The notes beneath the pieces were generated by a model. It was not told the origin of the DNA. It did no database searches and saw only the letters and a list, made by a program, of their open reading frames with translations. A stretch of 64,000 bases of DNA, taken from contig CAVRAG010000008.1 of the NCBI GenBank assembly GCA_963718895.1, positions 224,001 to 288,000 of the forward strand, in the 5' to 3' direction. Below, piece by piece: positions 59,991 to 64,000 of the stretch. Made by a program: the position numbers and the translations under genes. How positions within the stretch are numbered: position 1 is the stretch's first letter; each line of letters begins with the position of its first letter. This DNA is from an uncultured Nitrososphaerota archaeon (GTDB lineage: Archaea > Thermoproteota > Nitrososphaeria > Nitrososphaerales > Gagatemarchaeaceae).

Positions 59991-60449
59991 ATGAAGGTAG
60001 GGCAGAAGCGGATATTCAACTCCGCGAGCGTAGATGAGGACAATTGTGCGTTCTGCAAGATCGCCAGAGGAGAGCTGCCATCCCACAAGGTCTACGAGGA
60101 CAACAAGTACATCGCGTTCCTAGACATCAATCCCTTCTCCCTAGGGCACACCCTGGTATGCCCCAAGGAGCACGGCGAGACCATCTGGGACATGAAGGAG
60201 TCCGAGATCGGAGGCCTCTTCCTGGTCGCGTCGAAGGTCTCGAGGGCGGTCGTCGAGGCGACCGGAGCCGAGGGATTCAGGATACTCCAGAACAACGGGG
60301 AGGCGGCCAACCAGGCAGTCGCCCACGTCCATGTGCACGTGATTCCCGTGATGATGGTGAACAAGGGGAAGCCGATGGACAGGATAAGGCTGGATGACCG
60401 CGAGATGCTAAAGACCGCCAACGCCATCAGGGCGGCGCTCTCGCTCTAG
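59991..60449 (+). CDS. HIT family hydrolase
   Basis: CAFCKI, FLDINP, GHTLV, QAVAHVHVHVIP. Confidence 0.92.
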   Translation: MKVGQKRIFNSASVDEDNCAFCKIARGELPSHKVYEDNKYIAFLDINPFSLGHTLVCPKEHGETIWDMKESEIGGLFLVASKVSRAVVEATGAEGFRILQNNGEAANQAVAHVHVHVIPVMMVNKGKPMDRIRLDDREMLKTANAIRAALSL

Positions 60450-60486
60450 CGCATCCGCCAATCCTGGCGCCCGGGGCCGACCGCGC

Positions 60487-60741
60487 CTATACTTTCGAGG
60501 CCTTTTCCTGGATCTTGTCGATCTGCGCCTGCCTGACTTCCGTGAAGAGGTTGCACCAATCGCGACCGGAGACGACGAGCTCGAATTCCTCCAGCTTGGA
60601 GTGGACGCACATGCCTCTCTCGAAGAGATCTGCGTTGAGCGGGTCGTTCGGCTTGAACCAGACGCAGGCGAGGCAGTTCTCGTATTGCCAGGTGATCCGC
60701 TTGAGACTCCTTTGCGGTTCGGGTTCTTCGTTCGAGACCAT
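60487..60741 (-). CDS. small four-Cys protein, HiPIP-like spacing
   Basis: CLACVWF...GMC...V...DWC..F. Confidence 0.55.
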   Translation of the reverse strand: MVSNEEPEPQRSLKRITWQYENCLACVWFKPNDPLNADLFERGMCVHSKLEEFELVVSGRDWCNLFTEVRQAQIDKIQEKASKV

Positions 60742-60785
60742 GGATGAAGGGTGGGAGCCCTTCTTACTTAAGGGCCACTCTCCGG

Positions 60786-62228
60786 TCATGCCTCCTCGAC
60801 CACGATCACTTCAGGAGGGCTCCGCCTGCCCCGCATGAGGGATGGTATGATCGCCACGAGAAGGAAGCCCGTCGAGAGCAGAAAGACCAGGTGGATCGAA
60901 TTCATGAAGCTGGCTATCGAAGAGGGGGTCCCCGATCCGCTCACCCCCAGGAATATCTTCACGAGGCTGTTCACCGGGGTGACCGTGGCCATGGCGAGAA
61001 AGGCGACCGCCAGACTGAGCGTAGAGCCAAGGTTCACGAAGGTGGTGCTGATCCCCGAGGCTATGCCCCTGGCCTCGGGGGGAACCGAGTTCATTATCGA
61101 CGCCCTGTTGGGCGAGGCGAATATGCCCATCCCGCTCCCGACGAATATCAGCGGGAACGCCAGCCCGAGGAAGGACGTCCGGGGGCCAATCTGGGTCAGC
61201 ATCACGAACCCCACCGACGAGACGAGCAGGCCTACCGACGAGAGGAGCCGGGCCCCGTACCGGTCTGAGAACCAGCCGCTGATGGGGCCGAAGAAGGCCA
61301 GCGAGGCCGAGGTTGGGATCAAGAACAGGCCTGCCGTGAAAGGGCTGAGCTGCATCGAGGGGCCCTGCAGGTAGAAGACGAGGACCAGCGTGACAGCTCC
61401 CCTTGCAAGCGAGTTCAGGACGATCGCCAGGTTTCCCGCGGCGAACGCCCTGATTCTAAACAGGGAAAAGGCGAGCATCGGCATCTGGACCTTCGTCTCC
61501 GTGATGAAGAACGCCACGAGTAGCACCACGCCGAGACCGAGCAGCAGGTATGTGGTGAGCGCGTCCAGCCCGGCTATGATGTTGAGCGTCATTCCAACGA
61601 GGATCGAAGAGAGTCCGCCGGCGAGGGTCAGGTTCCCGATGATGTCGATCTTTTGCCCACGGCGCGGCTGGCTGAGTTCGTGCAGCTTGTAGTGCGACCA
61701 TGCGGTCGCGAAGATCCCGATCGGGACGTTCACCCAGAAGATTGACCGCCAGCCGATTGTCTGGGTGAGGACCCCACCCAGGACGAGTCCGGTCACCGCC
61801 CCAGCGACGATGGACGTCTGGTTGATCCCCAGGGCCTTCCCGCGCTCGTTGGCCGGGAAGGCGTCCGTGAGGATGGCGGCGCTGTTGGAGAAGAGGAACG
61901 CAGAGCCTGTGGCCTGGACCATCCTGAAGAGGACGAGCTCGAGGCCGGACTGGGAGAGGCTGCATAGCGCGGATCCGATAGTGAAGATCGCAAACCCCAG
62001 GTTGTACAGCCTCACTCTCCCGAACATGTCCGAGAGCCTTCCGAAGTTGACGAGGACCGAAGCCGTGATGAGCTGGTATCCTAGGAGTGTCCAGACCAGA
62101 TCGAAGAGCGTTGTCTGCGGGAGGTCCTTGCCGATGGTGGGCAGCGCTATCAGGACTATGTTGGTGTCCAGAGACGCCATCAGGGTGCCGATGGTGGTGT
62201 TGGACAGCGCAACCCACTTGTATTGCAT
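60786..62228 (-). CDS. MFS transporter (DHA2-like)
   Basis: LDTNIV, GRLSDMFGR, ERGKALG, WRSIFWVNVPIG. Confidence 0.92.
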   Translation of the reverse strand: MQYKWVALSNTTIGTLMASLDTNIVLIALPTIGKDLPQTTLFDLVWTLLGYQLITASVLVNFGRLSDMFGRVRLYNLGFAIFTIGSALCSLSQSGLELVLFRMVQATGSAFLFSNSAAILTDAFPANERGKALGINQTSIVAGAVTGLVLGGVLTQTIGWRSIFWVNVPIGIFATAWSHYKLHELSQPRRGQKIDIIGNLTLAGGLSSILVGMTLNIIAGLDALTTYLLLGLGVVLLVAFFITETKVQMPMLAFSLFRIRAFAAGNLAIVLNSLARGAVTLVLVFYLQGPSMQLSPFTAGLFLIPTSASLAFFGPISGWFSDRYGARLLSSVGLLVSSVGFVMLTQIGPRTSFLGLAFPLIFVGSGMGIFASPNRASIMNSVPPEARGIASGISTTFVNLGSTLSLAVAFLAMATVTPVNSLVKIFLGVSGSGTPSSIASFMNSIHLVFLLSTGFLLVAIIPSLMRGRRSPPEVIVVEEA

Positions 62229-62306
62229 CCAAGAGTGCGCATCAGGTCAGGATTTCTCCCTTTCGCACCATCGAGGGCCGGGAGGACTGGGCGGCTTCGT
62301 CCCGCG

Positions 62307-63981
62307 TCACATGGGCGTGACGGTTGGCGTCTCCTCGACCTTCTTCTGCGAGGCTTCGGCCGCCATCTTGCGAGCGAGCAGCTGCTGCTTCATCGAACCC
62401 TGGAACATCAGGCCGGCGAGCACGGCCGCGACTCCGATTATCACCCCGGCCGAGAAGAGCGGCGTTATCGAGGCCACGAAGGCCACCCTGAGCTGCGGGA
62501 CCAGGGGTGAGAGCGCAGGGTATGTGGTCAGGAGGCTCTGCAGCGCCTGTGGGGACGCGAGGAGCTGTCCGGCCAGGTTGGCGTTGCCGAGGTACTGGGT
62601 CGCCAGCTGCTGGTACTGGGCAGGGACCTGGGCGAGCACGCCAGATACCTTCGAGGCGAACGTGTTGACCTGGATGGTCCCCAGTATCGCCAGCCCTATG
62701 GTACCTCCGAGGTTCCCCATGAACTGGGGAAGCGAGGAGGCTATGCCTATCTGCTTCCTCGGCGCCGAGTTCTGGATGGCGAGGAAGGTGGGGGAGAAGG
62801 TCGTCCCCACCCCGAACCCTGTGAGAGCGACCGATTCCATGATCTGGACCGTCCCAACCGTCGCATCGAAGAACGTCAGCGTGTAAGCGCCGATGGTGGC
62901 GAGGACGAGTCCGACGACGGTTATGGTCCGGTAGGGCAGCCGAGTGACGAGCGTCCCGCCTACGACAGACCCGACTATCATCGGAAGGAGGAAGGCGTCC
63001 AGAATCTCGCTGGAGGTGTTGATCGAGAGCCCGAGTCCGGCCTGGACGAAGAGAGGGATGTAGGAGACGACGGCCAAGTAGCATGAGGCCTCTCATGAAC
63101 GAGACCCCCGAAGATGAGGCGATGTTCCTGACCTTGAAGAGGCTGAGCGGAAGGACCGGTTCAGGCGACCGCCTCTCTATCTCTATGAAGGCCACGAAGA
63201 GAGCGGCAGAGCCCCCGAAGAAGAGGGCCTCCTCCCAGGAGTACCATGGATAGGTCGAGCCGCCGTTGAGGAACCCGAGGTCGAGCAGCGCGATCCACCC
63301 GGCGAGCGCCGGGATGCCGAGCCAGTCAAGTTTGGGCTTGACCAGGCTCTTCGACTCCGAAAGGCCCGCCAGCAGGAGCACGATCGAAGCAATCCCCAGG
63401 GGGAGGTTGATGTAGAAGACCCAGCGCCAGCTTGTGATGTCGACGATGTAGGTGCCGACCGAGGGTCCGAGCACGGACGCGATGCCGAAGACGCTCGAGA
63501 AGATCCCGGTAATCCGCCCCCTCTGCTCAGGGGCGAAGGTGACTCCCGCGATGCTCAGGGCAATGGGGAAGAACGCCCCGCCGCCCAGCCCCTGTACCGC
63601 CCTCGAGAGTATCAGCTCGTCTATGTTCTGCGCGGCTCCGGAGGCGATGGAGCCGGCCATGAACACTATGAGGCCGAGTATGAAGAACCGTCTCCTCCCG
63701 TAGAGGTCGGAGAGCTTGCCGAAGATTGGCATGGCGACCGTCTGCGCCAGGATGTAGGCGCTGAAGACCCAAGCGTACAGGTTGAGGCCCCCGAGGTCCG
63801 AGATTATCGTCGGGCCCGCGGTCGCCACGATGGTCTGGTCGAGGGCGCCCAGAAGCAGCCCCGTCATGAGGCCCGCGATGATCAGGATGAAGTTTCTTCG
63901 TGGAATGGTCTGGGTCGGCGAGAGCGCCGAACCCGATGCCGACTGGCCCGGTGGCGCGCTACTGCCGCTTCCCTCGCTCAT
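62307..63981 (-). CDS. MFS multidrug transporter (DHA2), frameshift near 63075
   Basis: LDQTIVATA, GKLSDLYGRR, WRWVFYINLPLG; continues in ORF 62307..63077. Confidence 0.9.
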
Positions 63982-64000
63982 GGGTGACTGTGACTCGGTC

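Noticed and set aside
1-64000. About 20 frameshifted genes as mass pseudogenisation or programmed frameshifting
   Set aside because: Breaks are mostly single extra bases, hit core genes (asnS, guaA, guaB, thiolase, transketolase), leave motifs intact, and share no slippery sequence. This fits long-read indel error; read polishing would confirm.
1-64000. CRISPR arrays, rRNA genes, transposases, integrases, prophage genes
   Set aside because: I saw no regularly spaced repeats, rRNA-like stretches or such ORFs.

Overview
High-GC archaeal chromosomal segment. radA, eL13, an eL22-like protein, DUF373-uppS and an intron-containing tRNA point to a TACK archaeon, plausibly a non-ammonia-oxidising Nitrososphaerota; the lineage is my inference. 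It is mostly housekeeping and metabolic genes: lipid/acyl-CoA metabolism, heme O/A synthesis, the non-oxidative pentose phosphate pathway, guaB-guaA-add, a four-gene methionine synthesis cluster, transporters and an Lhr helicase. About 20 genes are broken by apparent single-base indels, which I read as long-read assembly error rather than pseudogenisation. The most striking signal is three dissimilar free-standing LAGLIDADG endonuclease genes, each lying tail-to-tail against the 3' end of a conserved gene (uppS, tRNA-Tyr, sod). At uppS the element supplies a synonymously recoded copy of the last 22 codons, overlaps that copy antisense, and leaves the original tail as a decaying relic on its far side. 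sod and tRNA-Tyr carry local anomalies in their most conserved motifs that could be cleavage-resistant alleles. Also notable: a MetE-like/DUF4346-like fusion beside a split MetE and MetF, an HTH-ferritin fusion regulator facing a ZIP transporter across a TAACA array, a two-intron tRNA-Tyr, and a cytoplasmic HiPIP-like protein. All family assignments are by motif recognition only; no searches were run.
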